64,000 nt of DNA from Candidatus Limnocylindrales bacterium (lineage in GTDB: Bacteria > Moduliflexota > Moduliflexia > Moduliflexales > JAUQPW01): contig DATMBG010000003.1 of assembly GCA_035559535.1 (NCBI GenBank), positions 1-64,000 on the forward strand. The letters run 5' to 3'. The notes below the pieces were generated by a model. The model saw nothing but the letters and a program-made list of their open reading frames with translations. It searched no databases and had not been told where the DNA came from. Positions 40,082 to 50,800 of this stretch are shown here, piece by piece; position 1 is the first letter of the stretch, and every line of letters starts with the position of its first letter. The translations under genes were made by a program, and so were the position numbers.

Positions 40082-41895
40082 TCCAGTTCGAACTCCTTTT
40101 TCCAATCGATATCTTTTTCCAGGGGTTTCTGCTCACGTTTGTCCAGCAAGAAACTACCCATGGCAAGGTAATCGATATTAGTCCGCATAAAGCAAGTATA
40201 GGCTTCTTCCGGTCGGCATACAATGGGTTCCCCTCGAACATTGAAAGAGGTGTTGATGATAACAGGACAACCGGTCTTTTCATAAAATTTATGAATTAAA
40301 TCATAGTAGAGGGGATGGTCTTCTCGATTAACCGTTTGGATCCTTGCCGAGTAATCTACATGGGTAATGGCTGGCACCGAAGAACGAACCACATTTAACT
40401 TATCGATTCCCCAAAGTTTTTGTTCTTCTTCGGTCATTTTCCTCCGATGGGTTTCCTTGACCGGTGCTACCAACAGCATATAAGGGCTTTCCCGGTCCAG
40501 CTCAAAATAATCCGAGACTTTATCCAATAAGACACTGGGGGCAAAGGGTCTAAACCCTTCCCGGAATTTAATCTTGATATTCATCTCCGCCTGCATTTTA
40601 GGTGATCGGGCATCACCTAAGATACTTCGGGAGCCTAGGGCCCGGGGTCCAAATTCCATACGTCCTTGGAACCATCCCACGACCTTTTCTTTGGCGATAA
40701 GATCCGAAACCACATCGATCAATTCCTCTCGACTCAGGCGTTTGTAGGGTATCTGACGGCTCTTCAGAAACTTCTCAATGGCTTCATCGGAGTAAGCCGG
40801 CCCCAGATAAGAGCCTTTCTGGAAGTCTTTTTTCCCATCGGGTTTTCGTTCATTTCCCAGATATTTATACCAGACAAACAGGGCCGCACCCAGAGCCCCT
40901 CCGGCATCCCCGGCGGCAGGTTGTATCCAGATATTCTCAAAGGGACCTTCCCGCAAGATAAGCCCGTTACCAACACAGTTTAAGGCGACTCCTCCGGCCA
41001 GACAGAGATTTTTCTGCCGGGTAACTTTGTGAACATGTCGGGCCATCCGGAGCATAGTTTCTTCGGTGACCACCTGGATGGACCGGGCCAGATCCATTTC
41101 CTTTTGGGTCAACTTTGTCTCCGGTCCCCGCGGAGGTCCTCCAAAAAGCTTGTGAAACTTTTCATTGGTCATGGTCAATCCGGCACAGTAATCAAAATAC
41201 TCCATATTCAGCTTGAAAGATCCATCTTCTTTCAAATCCATCAACTTGGTTAAAATTAAATCTACATATTTGGGCTCTCCATAAGGAGCCAGTCCCATCA
41301 CTTTATATTCGCCGGAGTTGACCTTAAAACCTGTATAATAGGTAAAAGCCGAGTATAAAAGTCCTAACGAGTGAGGAAATCGAATTTCATACTCCAATTC
41401 AAAATCATTCCCACAACCGACTCCGAAACTGGTTGTGGTCCATTCCCCGACCCCGTCCATGGTCAAAATAGCTGCCTCTCTAAAGGGAGAAGGATAAAAG
41501 GTGCTGGCAGCATGGGATTCATGATGCTCGGGAAAGATGATTTTCCCCTCATATCCCAGTTCTTTCTTGATAAGATCGGGAATCCAAAGCTTTTGTTTGA
41601 TCCAGAGAGGAGCAGCCTTCATAAAAGACCGGATTCCAAAAGGGGCATAAGCCAGATAAGTTTCCAAAATACGCTCAAACTTGAGTAAAGGCTTATCGTA
41701 GAAACCGATAAAATCCAGATCTTTTACCGTAATTCCGGCCTCTTCCAGACAATAATCAATAGCATGCCGGGGAAATCTATGATCATGTTTCTTGCGGGTA
41801 AAGCGCTCTTCTTGAGCCGCGGCTATAATTTCTCCATCTCGTATTAAACAGGCCGCACTATCGTGATAAAAACAGGATATACCTAGGATATACAT
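40078..41895 (-). CDS. NodU/CmcH/SxtI-type O-carbamoyltransferase
   Basis: HDSAA, QEERFTR, EHHESHAAS, DGVGE, GEYKVMGLA, GGVALN, EFGPRALG, INTSFNVRGEP. Confidence 0.96.
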   Translation of the reverse strand: MYILGISCFYHDSAACLIRDGEIIAAAQEERFTRKKHDHRFPRHAIDYCLEEAGITVKDLDFIGFYDKPLLKFERILETYLAYAPFGIRSFMKAAPLWIKQKLWIPDLIKKELGYEGKIIFPEHHESHAASTFYPSPFREAAILTMDGVGEWTTTSFGVGCGNDFELEYEIRFPHSLGLLYSAFTYYTGFKVNSGEYKVMGLAPYGEPKYVDLILTKLMDLKEDGSFKLNMEYFDYCAGLTMTNEKFHKLFGGPPRGPETKLTQKEMDLARSIQVVTEETMLRMARHVHKVTRQKNLCLAGGVALNCVGNGLILREGPFENIWIQPAAGDAGGALGAALFVWYKYLGNERKPDGKKDFQKGSYLGPAYSDEAIEKFLKSRQIPYKRLSREELIDVVSDLIAKEKVVGWFQGRMEFGPRALGSRSILGDARSPKMQAEMNIKIKFREGFRPFAPSVLLDKVSDYFELDRESPYMLLVAPVKETHRRKMTEEEQKLWGIDKLNVVRSSVPAITHVDYSARIQTVNREDHPLYYDLIHKFYEKTGCPVIINTSFNVRGEPIVCRPEEAYTCFMRTNIDYLAMGSFLLDKREQKPLEKDIDWKKEFELD

Positions 41896-41928
41896 AACTG
41901 TTTCACATCCTACCTTCCCGTATGGGAA

Positions 41929-42144
41929 TCAAAGGGGTAATAAATCCATACAAAAGAAAAACTCACAAGCTTTGGGCCGTTGATCGTAGATTTTACAGCT
42001 CGCGGGCTTTTCCTCGGTTCTCGGAATCAAGTAAGGACAGGGTATCCCTTCCGGTTTGTAGGTTCCATCCGGTAGTTTAACTCGCAGAGCAATGCAACAG
42101 ATCCCACATCGAATACAGGCTTCATCGGGTACACCCGGTATCAT
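41929..42144 (-). CDS. YkgJ-family cysteine-cluster protein
   Basis: CIRCGICC...CPYL...CKIYDQRPKAC..FFC. Confidence 0.85.
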   Translation of the reverse strand: MIPGVPDEACIRCGICCIALRVKLPDGTYKPEGIPCPYLIPRTEEKPASCKIYDQRPKACEFFFCMDLLPL

Positions 42145-42427
42145 AATCCCCTTTTTTCAAACCCCCTGGGTTTTAAAGAAGTCCAGACTTTCCTTTATCG
42201 TTCATATCTGAAAAGAATAGCTTGGGGTCACTTTCCTGTCAAGCTTTAATTCATGGGGATTCAATTTTCAAAAAAAATTTTATAATTGTTAATTTTCACT
42301 TTGACTTTTTCTCAAATTGTAATATTTAACAAAACGACGTTCAATATCCATAAATATGGTGGGTTTATGTTTAATTCTTCACTAAATTAGCTTAAAAAAT
42401 CCCAAAGGGAATGAAAGGAGAAATATC

Positions 42428-45139
42428 ATGAAGACTTTTTTAAATTTAACCCAAAAGAGGAAATGGTTAAATGCAGTAATTTTCATACTTCCGTTTAACT
42501 TGAGCTTACTTATTTTCTTTGGTTATCATCCCCCGGCATGGGCTCAACCCTTTCCAACCCACTCCGGCCCCATAGATATTACCCCGAACGGTAATTTTGT
42601 ATTTATGGTAAATCCGGATAACAACAGTTTTTCCATTTTCAATACCCTCACTAACACAAGGGTTGGGAATCCAATCCCGGTTGGCACAGAGCCCCAAAGC
42701 GTTGCCATTCATCCTGGCGGTATCAGAGCTTATATTACCAATATGGTCGATGGAACCGTCTCGGTTTTTCGGATAAATCAAAACACAGGGGCTGTCCAGT
42801 TTTGCAAGACGGTGAAAGTAGGTACCGAACCTTATGGAGTGGCCGTTACCCCCAATGGAGCTTTTCTTTATGTGGCCAATGCTTCATCCAATGATGTGAC
42901 CGTTATTGATACCAGTGCAGATTTTAGTCCTGTCTGTAACGCTGCCAGTAATCCTGTAGTTACCACAATTCCTGTAGAGAACGACCCAAGGGGAATTGCC
43001 ATTACCGCCGATAGTTTCAAAGTCTATGTCACGCATTTCTTTGCTCAACTCCGACCCGGTAGAACCCCCTATGATGAAGGACGGGATGACAGTAAAGAAG
43101 GGCGGGTTACCCTCATTTCGACCCTTTTTCAGAGGGTTGAAAAAACCATTGCCCTGGCTCCTTTACTGGATACCGGGTTTAGGGCAGATGGATCGACCAT
43201 CAATCGAATTCCTTGTAGTGTGACGGGTTGTATACCTCCGGCTGGAGGAGGGTTACCTACGGGGGCATTTCCCAATTTGATGCAAAGCATTACCATCAAT
43301 CCTTTCTTCAACAGGGCTTATCTGCCCAATACCGGAGCTTCTCCCGATGGTCCGGTGCGGTTTAATGTCAACGTTCAGAGTTTTCTTTCGGTATTCGATA
43401 CGGTTTTAGACCAGGATTCGAGTCAGACGATTAACATGAACAGTGGGATCCAGAATGAGAGTGAAACCACCCGATTGTTTCCTACAAATCCCTTTGCCAT
43501 CGCCTTTAAACGCTCAAACCCAAGCGAAGGTTATGTTACGGCGAAGGCTATTAATCAGATTATACGGGTTAATCTGGACCCAAGCGGAACTCCCACGATT
43601 AATGCCCCAAACCCGGTCAGGGTTAATGTGGGAAAGGATCCCCGGGGAATTGTTATCCATCCCGATGATACAAAGGCCTATGTCATGAACTATATCTCCA
43701 GGAACCTGACGGTGGTTGATATTTCCGGTGCAACACCTGGTGTGATTACGACCATTGATCAGCCCGATCTCCTCCCAACCCCGGGCTCATTCGAAGAGTT
43801 TGTTCATCGCGGAAAGGAGTTATTTAATACCTCTGTTGGACCGGCAGGAACCGCTCCCCAATCGGATCCACCGGCCGGCCGAATGTCCAGTGAAGGATGG
43901 GGATCTTGTTTTTCATGCCATGAAGATGGCCGTACCGACAATGTAACCTGGATGTTTGCAGATGGACCTCGCCAGGCCATTTCCATGGATGCTACCTTTG
44001 ATCCCCATGATTACACCAAACAGCGTGTACTGAACTTCTCGGCCACCCGAGATGAGGTGCAGGATTTTGAGTTGAATATTCGAGGCGTATCGGGAGGACA
44101 GGGCCTGATCACGGATGGGCAACCGGTACTTAACTTAACACCTACAGCTAATTCTGGAAGAAGCTTGGATCTGGATGCCATTGCTACCTTCATACAACTG
44201 GGAGTCCGATCTCGCATAGCTCCGCCGGTACCCAAGAGCGCCCAAAAGGCTGTGACCAAAGGCCGACAGGTTTTTCAAGATGCAGGCTGTGTAGTCTGTC
44301 ACAGTGGCGGTGACTGGACCAGTAGTATCCGTGATTTTACACCCCCTCCGTCCGGAGAACCTATCCTCGATACCCAACTTATCCGGTTCCTGAGCAGAGT
44401 AGGAACGTTTGATATTGACCTCTTTGGGGATGGTAGAGGGAATGAGATCCGAGCCAATACCGTCGGCTTCAATCAACAGGCACGGGGACTGGATGGTTTT
44501 AATCCGCCTTCACTATTGGGGGTTTTTGCTACGGCGCCTTATTTCCATAACGGATCAGCCCGTACCTTGGAACAGGTTATCGTTGGAACTCCCCGACATC
44601 CAGGAGATGTGCACGTGGTACCGGATCCCAGGGATCGAATTCCACTTATTGCCTTCCTTAGGACCATTGACGAAAAGACTGCGCCTTTCCAGCAACAGAG
44701 TCCTGTACCTCCGGCTCCTACCCCTGCTCCGGTAACAAACTTCAGGGCAACCCTGAGCGGTGGAAACGAGGTACCTCCCGTGACCACCAATGCCACGGCA
44801 GCCGCTACCTTTACTTTGCAGGGGACCACGGTTAGCTATCGAATTGATGTAACCAACCTGGGCGGTCCCGGCAATGATATAACTGCCGCGCATATCCACT
44901 CCGGTGCAACCGGAGTTAACGGGCCTATTCGGGTGACCTTATTACCGGCACCGGTCACGGGCCTGACAGCTCCTCTCACGGGAGTCCTGGTTCAGGGAAC
45001 CTTCACCTCGGCAGACGTTCAGGGAATCACCTTCGATCAATTGATAACGGAAATGCGTAACGGAACCGCTTATGTTAATATTCATACCACCGTGAACCCG
45101 AACGGTGAAATCCGAGGCCAGGTTCAACTACAGCCATAA
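42428..45139 (+). CDS. Exported YVTN beta-propeller + di-heme cytochrome c peroxidase-like + CHRD domain protein
   Basis: Signal peptide (AWA-Q); VGTEP.GVA.TP.G..YV.N repeats; CFSCH and CVVCH; PSL.GV..TAPYFHNGS; Pro linker; LSG.NEVPP, AHIH and YVNIHT..NP.GEIRGQ. Confidence 0.88.
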   Translation: MKTFLNLTQKRKWLNAVIFILPFNLSLLIFFGYHPPAWAQPFPTHSGPIDITPNGNFVFMVNPDNNSFSIFNTLTNTRVGNPIPVGTEPQSVAIHPGGIRAYITNMVDGTVSVFRINQNTGAVQFCKTVKVGTEPYGVAVTPNGAFLYVANASSNDVTVIDTSADFSPVCNAASNPVVTTIPVENDPRGIAITADSFKVYVTHFFAQLRPGRTPYDEGRDDSKEGRVTLISTLFQRVEKTIALAPLLDTGFRADGSTINRIPCSVTGCIPPAGGGLPTGAFPNLMQSITINPFFNRAYLPNTGASPDGPVRFNVNVQSFLSVFDTVLDQDSSQTINMNSGIQNESETTRLFPTNPFAIAFKRSNPSEGYVTAKAINQIIRVNLDPSGTPTINAPNPVRVNVGKDPRGIVIHPDDTKAYVMNYISRNLTVVDISGATPGVITTIDQPDLLPTPGSFEEFVHRGKELFNTSVGPAGTAPQSDPPAGRMSSEGWGSCFSCHEDGRTDNVTWMFADGPRQAISMDATFDPHDYTKQRVLNFSATRDEVQDFELNIRGVSGGQGLITDGQPVLNLTPTANSGRSLDLDAIATFIQLGVRSRIAPPVPKSAQKAVTKGRQVFQDAGCVVCHSGGDWTSSIRDFTPPPSGEPILDTQLIRFLSRVGTFDIDLFGDGRGNEIRANTVGFNQQARGLDGFNPPSLLGVFATAPYFHNGSARTLEQVIVGTPRHPGDVHVVPDPRDRIPLIAFLRTIDEKTAPFQQQSPVPPAPTPAPVTNFRATLSGGNEVPPVTTNATAAATFTLQGTTVSYRIDVTNLGGPGNDITAAHIHSGATGVNGPIRVTLLPAPVTGLTAPLTGVLVQGTFTSADVQGITFDQLITEMRNGTAYVNIHTTVNPNGEIRGQVQLQP

Positions 45140-45158
45140 AATCATGCTTCCTCACCCC

Positions 45159-45204
45159 CTCCCACCCCTTCCCTCCCTGTGAGCGGGGAGGGAAGGGGTG
45201 GGAG
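45159..45204. repeat. Perfect 19-bp REP-like hairpin downstream of the di-heme gene
   Basis: CTCCCACCCCTTCCCTCCC-N8-GGGAGGGAAGGGGTGGGAG. Confidence 0.8.
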
Positions 45205-45209
45205 CATAA

Positions 45210-45287
45210 GCGCCAGGATAAGGATAAAAAGCCTCGTTAGGGGCGAACCGTGGGTAGCCCCCGACGCAAGTTGGGGGTTTCAGTCAT
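45210..45287 (+). repeat. Dispersed repeat, truncated copy C
   Basis: gcgccaggataag...GTAGCCCCCGACGCAAGTTGGGGGtttcagtcat matches 53112-53188. Confidence 0.85.
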
Positions 45288-45504
45288 AGGGAGGAACAGA
45301 TAAAAGGAGGGGTATCCTAGATCTCAGAACGGGCTCTGATGCGGAATTCCTCGAGGATGGCCTGAAGTTCCAAGGTTGATTCGGGCCGTATATCAGAAGC
45401 CGGAAGCCATAGGTAAAAAGCAGCAGGCCAGAGGCAGTGGATCCGGAACAGGATAACACATAAAGGGATGAGTCCCTGCCTCTTGGTCCTTACCTTGTAA
45501 AGGA

Positions 45505-46596
45505 TTAAGTCTCCGGGAAAAGATTAAAGCTGATTGGAAACTCCATCAATCCCCTTAATCCTAATCCGACCGCAATACTCCATAGCGAGTTATCTTCCTC
45601 TACTTCTCCCCGGGTTTCGATTTTGTTAAATGGATTCACTTTGATTACAGGTACGTTTAGACGTCTTTCAAGATACTTATCCAGATTCTTTAACCGACTC
45701 CCACCCCCCATCAACACAAGAGCTTGAGGAGTGACCAGGTCGGGATGATCGACATAGTAAGAAATCTTGAAAGATCGCTCGGTTTCGATAATCAATTGAT
45801 CTAGAATAGGTTCTAATGCGTAATAGATCTCCCTGGCCGTCTCATCAGTTTCCCCTGGAGTGAGGGCAATTCCTGGGTTTATTTCCATGGCTGCGGCTCT
45901 TTCCCAGTCAAGATCCAGCTTGTCTTTAATGGCAGTCACGACCGTATCTCCCCCGATGGGGATATCCCGGCTAAAGCGAAGGAGTTCTTCCTTCAAAAGA
46001 GTTATGGTGGTAGTCGTCGCACCTATATCCATAAGGGCGATAGTCTCCCTGGAACTCGGATTGTAGTTATACAGGTAACAATTTATCTGGGCAATGGGAA
46101 TGATTTCTAATATCCTGGTACTAAAGTCTCCTGCCTTCAGGATAGAAGTATATTGCTCCAAAAGATCCTTTCTTAAGGCAACCAGAAGTATTTGTGCTTT
46201 TTTATTTAGAAGCTTCTTTTGAAGATGGTAAGAGAAGGTAATGTCTTTAGGAGGAAAGGGAAGGAGTTTTCGCACCTCAGATTCTAAAGCTTTGTGAATT
46301 TGCTCAGGATCTGAGGTAGCCAGTTGAATATATTTTAAGGTAATTTGACTTTTCGGCATACCTAATACTACGGTAGATGCCGAGAAGGGGTTCTCGGGTT
46401 GGGGTAGTCCGGTAAGGTGACCCCGAAGAATCCCTTGAATAAAAGCCGGGATCTCTTCAAATTGTTGGGGAGTCTCAACCTTGAGTTTGCGACCGAGCTC
46501 GATTTTCTTACCGGATTTTCGGAGTTCCACCAGCTTGGTATAACGAGAACCGATATCTAAACCAAGGACTGTAGATAAATCTAGTGCCATAGGCAT
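45505..46596 (-). CDS. pilM: Type IV pilus assembly protein PilM-like (actin-like fold)
   Basis: LGLDIGS...KLVEL, DIGATTT, FSRDIPIGG, GGGSRL, NPF, AVGLGLR. Confidence 0.85.
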   Translation of the reverse strand: MPMALDLSTVLGLDIGSRYTKLVELRKSGKKIELGRKLKVETPQQFEEIPAFIQGILRGHLTGLPQPENPFSASTVVLGMPKSQITLKYIQLATSDPEQIHKALESEVRKLLPFPPKDITFSYHLQKKLLNKKAQILLVALRKDLLEQYTSILKAGDFSTRILEIIPIAQINCYLYNYNPSSRETIALMDIGATTTTITLLKEELLRFSRDIPIGGDTVVTAIKDKLDLDWERAAAMEINPGIALTPGETDETAREIYYALEPILDQLIIETERSFKISYYVDHPDLVTPQALVLMGGGSRLKNLDKYLERRLNVPVIKVNPFNKIETRGEVEEDNSLWSIAVGLGLRGLMEFPISFNLFPET

Positions 46597-46945
46597 ATCC
46601 TTTCCGGATGAGTGGTTAAAGGATAAACGGTTATTCTTTTATTAAAGTAGATTCCAGGAAAAAAAGCAATAAAAATTCTCAAACTTCATAAATTTCTTAT
46701 AAAAGATGCTTTACAAATCGATAAAAATAAATATACTTCCTTGCTGAATCTGATTTTTATACTTTTTTAAGTGATAAAGAATCTGTCCTCGCTCCCCGCA
46801 ATGGGAACCGAAGCCCACAGGGAGGGAGATGGTTTCATTCCTATTGCCGGTGGCAAGGACCTGTTTAAAGTATCCTTCTCAACTTGAGAAAGTCTTATAG
46901 AAGGAGTCCCTGTTGGGTTTTAGGAAAAAGAAAAGGGGAAAGGCT

Positions 46946-47806
46946 ATGAGAAAAGCCACTTTAAGAGAACTTTTAAGCCGGGAGCAAATTTTAGTGGTTC
47001 CGGCTTCCTTTGATATGGTTTCCGGCAAGGTCATCGAACAGGCAGGTTTTGAAGCCGTTTACCTCTCAGGGTATGGCCATACGGCATCGCACCTGGGCCT
47101 TCCCGATGCAGGCTTGATCTCTTTTGCAGAAATGGTGGAACGGGTCCACAATTTGGCCCGGTCGGTAAATATTCCCGTGGTGGCCGATGGAGATACCGGA
47201 TTTGGGAATGCCATCAATGTACGCCGGACGGTTCAGGAATATGAATGGGCGGGGGCGCAAGCCATTCAAATCGAAGATCAAGAAATACCTAAAAAATGCG
47301 GACATACCTCTGGCAAACGCCTCATCGATGCAAAGGAAATGGCCTTAAAGGTAGAAGCAGCTGTAAACTCAAGGCAAAGCGACGACTTTCTGATTATTGC
47401 CCGAACAGATGCCGTTACCGTAACAGGAATTGAGGATGCTATTTACCGTGGACAACTCTATGAGAAGGCGGGAGCCGATATTATTTTTGTCGAATCTCCT
47501 ACCACGTTAGAGGAATTGAAACGGGCCGGAGGATCTTTTAAAGTTCCCACCATGGCCAATATGGTTGAAGGAGGAAAAACCCCTTTGGTCTCCAACCAGG
47601 AATTACAATCCTTCGGATTTAAGTTGGTTGCCTATCCCGTTACACTCCTCCTGGCCTCCATCACAGCCATGAAAAGAGCTCTCGCCGTTCTAAAAGAAAA
47701 AGGAACCACGAAAGAGCTGGTTGAAGAAATGATTCGCTTTAAGGAATTAGATGAACTCATAGGATTCCCAGAAGTTCGAGCCTGGGAAGCTCGATATTCT
47801 CTTTAA
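46946..47806 (+). CDS. Isocitrate lyase/PEP mutase family enzyme (PrpB/CPEP mutase/DMML-like)
   Basis: LGLPDAG, DGDTGFG, IEDQ..PKKCGH, IARTDA, NMVEGGKTP. Confidence 0.92.
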   Translation: MRKATLRELLSREQILVVPASFDMVSGKVIEQAGFEAVYLSGYGHTASHLGLPDAGLISFAEMVERVHNLARSVNIPVVADGDTGFGNAINVRRTVQEYEWAGAQAIQIEDQEIPKKCGHTSGKRLIDAKEMALKVEAAVNSRQSDDFLIIARTDAVTVTGIEDAIYRGQLYEKAGADIIFVESPTTLEELKRAGGSFKVPTMANMVEGGKTPLVSNQELQSFGFKLVAYPVTLLLASITAMKRALAVLKEKGTTKELVEEMIRFKELDELIGFPEVRAWEARYSL

Positions 47807-47874
47807 TCTATTGTCCATTGTTATACCTCCCACAGGAAGAACAGAGGACAAGGATAATTGAGAACAAAAACCAG

Positions 47875-50800
47875 ATGCAGGTTTCTTTCAAATTGGTAAA
47901 GATCGTGATGGGTGTTTGGATTCTCCTTTTAATGGGAATTCCGGGTAGGGAAGGGTTTAAGATCTTCTCCTATTTTAACACCCAGGCTCCGGCGGGAAAT
48001 GTCTCTGCAGATTATAAACGGCAAACTATGGACAACAGCCAGCAGAGAACAGACAACGAGTTATTGCAACGGTTAGGTAAGGGATGGATCAGTACTATCC
48101 AATATGCGCCAGACGGTAAGTATGTTGCCGTAGCGACATCCATAGGAATAGAATTACGGGATCCGATTACTTTGGCAGAAGTTAAGATGCGATTAGGCAT
48201 GCCCCTACAGGGGCATACCGGACCTATTGGATCCCTCGCTTTCAGCCCCGACGGATCTATTTTAGCTTCTGGAGGATATGATAAAACCATTATTCTTTGG
48301 AAAACTGAAACCGGAGAGAAATTAGCAACCCTTCATGGGCATCAGAATTGGGTTACCGCTCTTGCCTTTAGTAAGGATGGAACTTTACTGGCTTCCGGGA
48401 GCTATGATGAGACGGTTATTCTTTGGGATTTAAAAGCCGGGGTTAGACAGGCTTCACCCCTTAGAACGCTCCGGGGCCATCGAGGTCATGTACTGTCGGT
48501 GGCTTTTAACCCGGCCCGTACTTTGCTGGCTTCCGGCGGTTCAGATCATCAGGTGATTTTATGGGATCTGAAAGCCCTGACCGATTCGAAACCTGCCGTG
48601 GCCGATGACCGGCAATTTTCCCACAAAATTCTGTCGGGCCATCAAGAAGCCATTCAGTCCCTGGCTTTTAACCCGGAGGGATCTTTATTAGTCTCTGGAA
48701 GCGATGATGCCAGCGTGATTTTATGGGATGTTAAAAAAGGGGAAAAGATCCAGGTGATTCGAGATCATCAAGACGCTGTAAAATCGGTTGCTTTTAATCC
48801 CGCCGGAACTTTTTTAGCTTCCGGAAGTTTTGATGGAACCGTGCGGCTTTGGAGTATTTCCCAATTGGGCCGTGAACCTGCCGCTGCATCGAAAACCCTC
48901 CAGAGTCCGGCCCATCATATCTGGTGGGTGACTTTCAGCCCGGACGGTCATTTCCTGCTCTCAAGCAGCGCTGAAAATAGGCTCGTCCGATGGGATCTCC
49001 AAAATGGAGATGTGGCCCACTCTACCCCTACGGTAGTATGGGATCATACCTCTCCCCTTTGGTCCTCGGCCATAAGCCAGAAGACTTTAGCCCTGGCAGG
49101 CGATAATGGGATGTTGGAGCTATGGAACCTGACCTCGGTCCTCCAGCCGGGGGAGAAGAATGGAAAAAGGGAAGAAAAAAGTGAAAGCCTACGTAACTCT
49201 GAACCTTCCCGTTCTTCTTTACAGGGTCATCTGGGTGCTGTGAGAACCGTCGCCTTTAACCGAGAAGGTACCCTGCTGGCTTCAGGCGGAGAGGATAAAC
49301 AGATTATCCTCTGGGATGCCCAAAATGGCGTGAAACAGCGGGTATTGGAGGGACATGGGGGTTCTGTCCTAAGGCTTGCTTTCAGCCCGGATGATGCTTT
49401 TCTGGCATCCGGTGGAGACGATCAGATGATCTTCCTGTGGGATCTTCAGACCGGAGAGAAGGTAAAAACCTTATGGAACCAAAGCCAGGATGTTTTGACC
49501 CTTGTTTTTAGTCCCGATGGAAAAGTTTTAATATCAGCAGGCTCCGATGGAACCATTATATTTTGGGATATAGAACAGGGAGAGCCTATCCATACCCTGA
49601 CAAGACCCGGCAACTGGATGAGTTCCCTGGCCTTGAGTCCAGATGGGGAACTTTTGGCTATAGGGAATCTGGATAACTCGGTAACCCTCTGGAGTATTTC
49701 CGATAACCGGGAGGTGAGAACCCTCCGGGGGCCTACAGGTCCCATTTGGAGTCTGGCTTTCAGTCCGGACGGATCCCGGTTAGCAGGCGCCGGTTCAGAT
49801 TCCATCATCTTCCTCTGGACCGTGAACGAAGGCCAGCTCTTCAAAACCTTAAGAGGTCATACCAGTTGGGTTAATTGCCTGAGTTTTAATCAGGATGGCT
49901 CTTTGTTAATATCCGGGAGTTTTGATGGAACTGCTCTGATATGGAGAATAGACAGGCCGGAAACACTACAAAGCAAAGGACTGGAAGCTGGATTCGGTAA
50001 GCCGAAAGCCGAACGTGGTGAAACGAAAAAACAGAAACCCCTGACTTCCATCCAACGTTCTTCCGGTGAAAAAGTAGAGCTCCGGGATCGGTCCTCCGAT
50101 TCAACCGAAGTCACCCCGGGCTTACAGAATCCGAAAACGGAACCGGAAGAGAAAAACAAAGACAAAGTAACCCCATCCCCTAAAGATAAAGCAATTTCCC
50201 CTCCATCCCCCTCTAAAGTAGAGGAAGTGGATAAAGAAAAGTCCGATAAGGCGGAGAAAATCAAAGCAGACCCTGAAAGTATTTTTCAAAAATGGTATGA
50301 GCTTGGCCTTGCGCGGATGGCCCAAAGGAGATGGGAGAGTGCTATTGAGAATTTAAAGCGGGCTTTGGAAGTGAAACAGGTTGAAGAAGTCAAAGAAAAG
50401 CTTAAGGAAGCTATCCATCACCGATGGTATGATTTAGGGATGGAGCGGATGAAACAAAAACGATGGGAGGATGCCATAGAAAATTTTAACCTTGCCTTAA
50501 GTACCCTGGATACCCCGGAGTCTAGAAAAGGACTTCAGGAAGCCAGTTATCATAAATGGTACGAAGCCGGCCTTAGTCAGGCAGAACGAGGCTTATGGTC
50601 CCAGGCAGGAGCCAGCTTTACCCTGGCCTTGGGCTTTTTAGATACCGAAGAAGCCCGTACCCATTTGAGGGAGGTCCGATATGCCCAATGGTACCAGACA
50701 GGACTCGAGCAGGTTAGCCGGGAACAATGGGCACGAGCCAGGGAGAGTTTTAGGTTGGCCCTCCAGGAGAAGGATACCGAAGAAGCTCGACGCCAGCTTC

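Noticed and set aside
39405..41895. Saxitoxin biosynthesis (sxtI/J/K homologs)
   Set aside because: No sxtA, sxtG or other core genes; the context is cell-envelope glycosylation.
42428..45139. Hydrazine synthase / anammox marker
   Set aside because: Only architectural resemblance; no alpha subunit or hzs cluster, and an extra CHRD domain.
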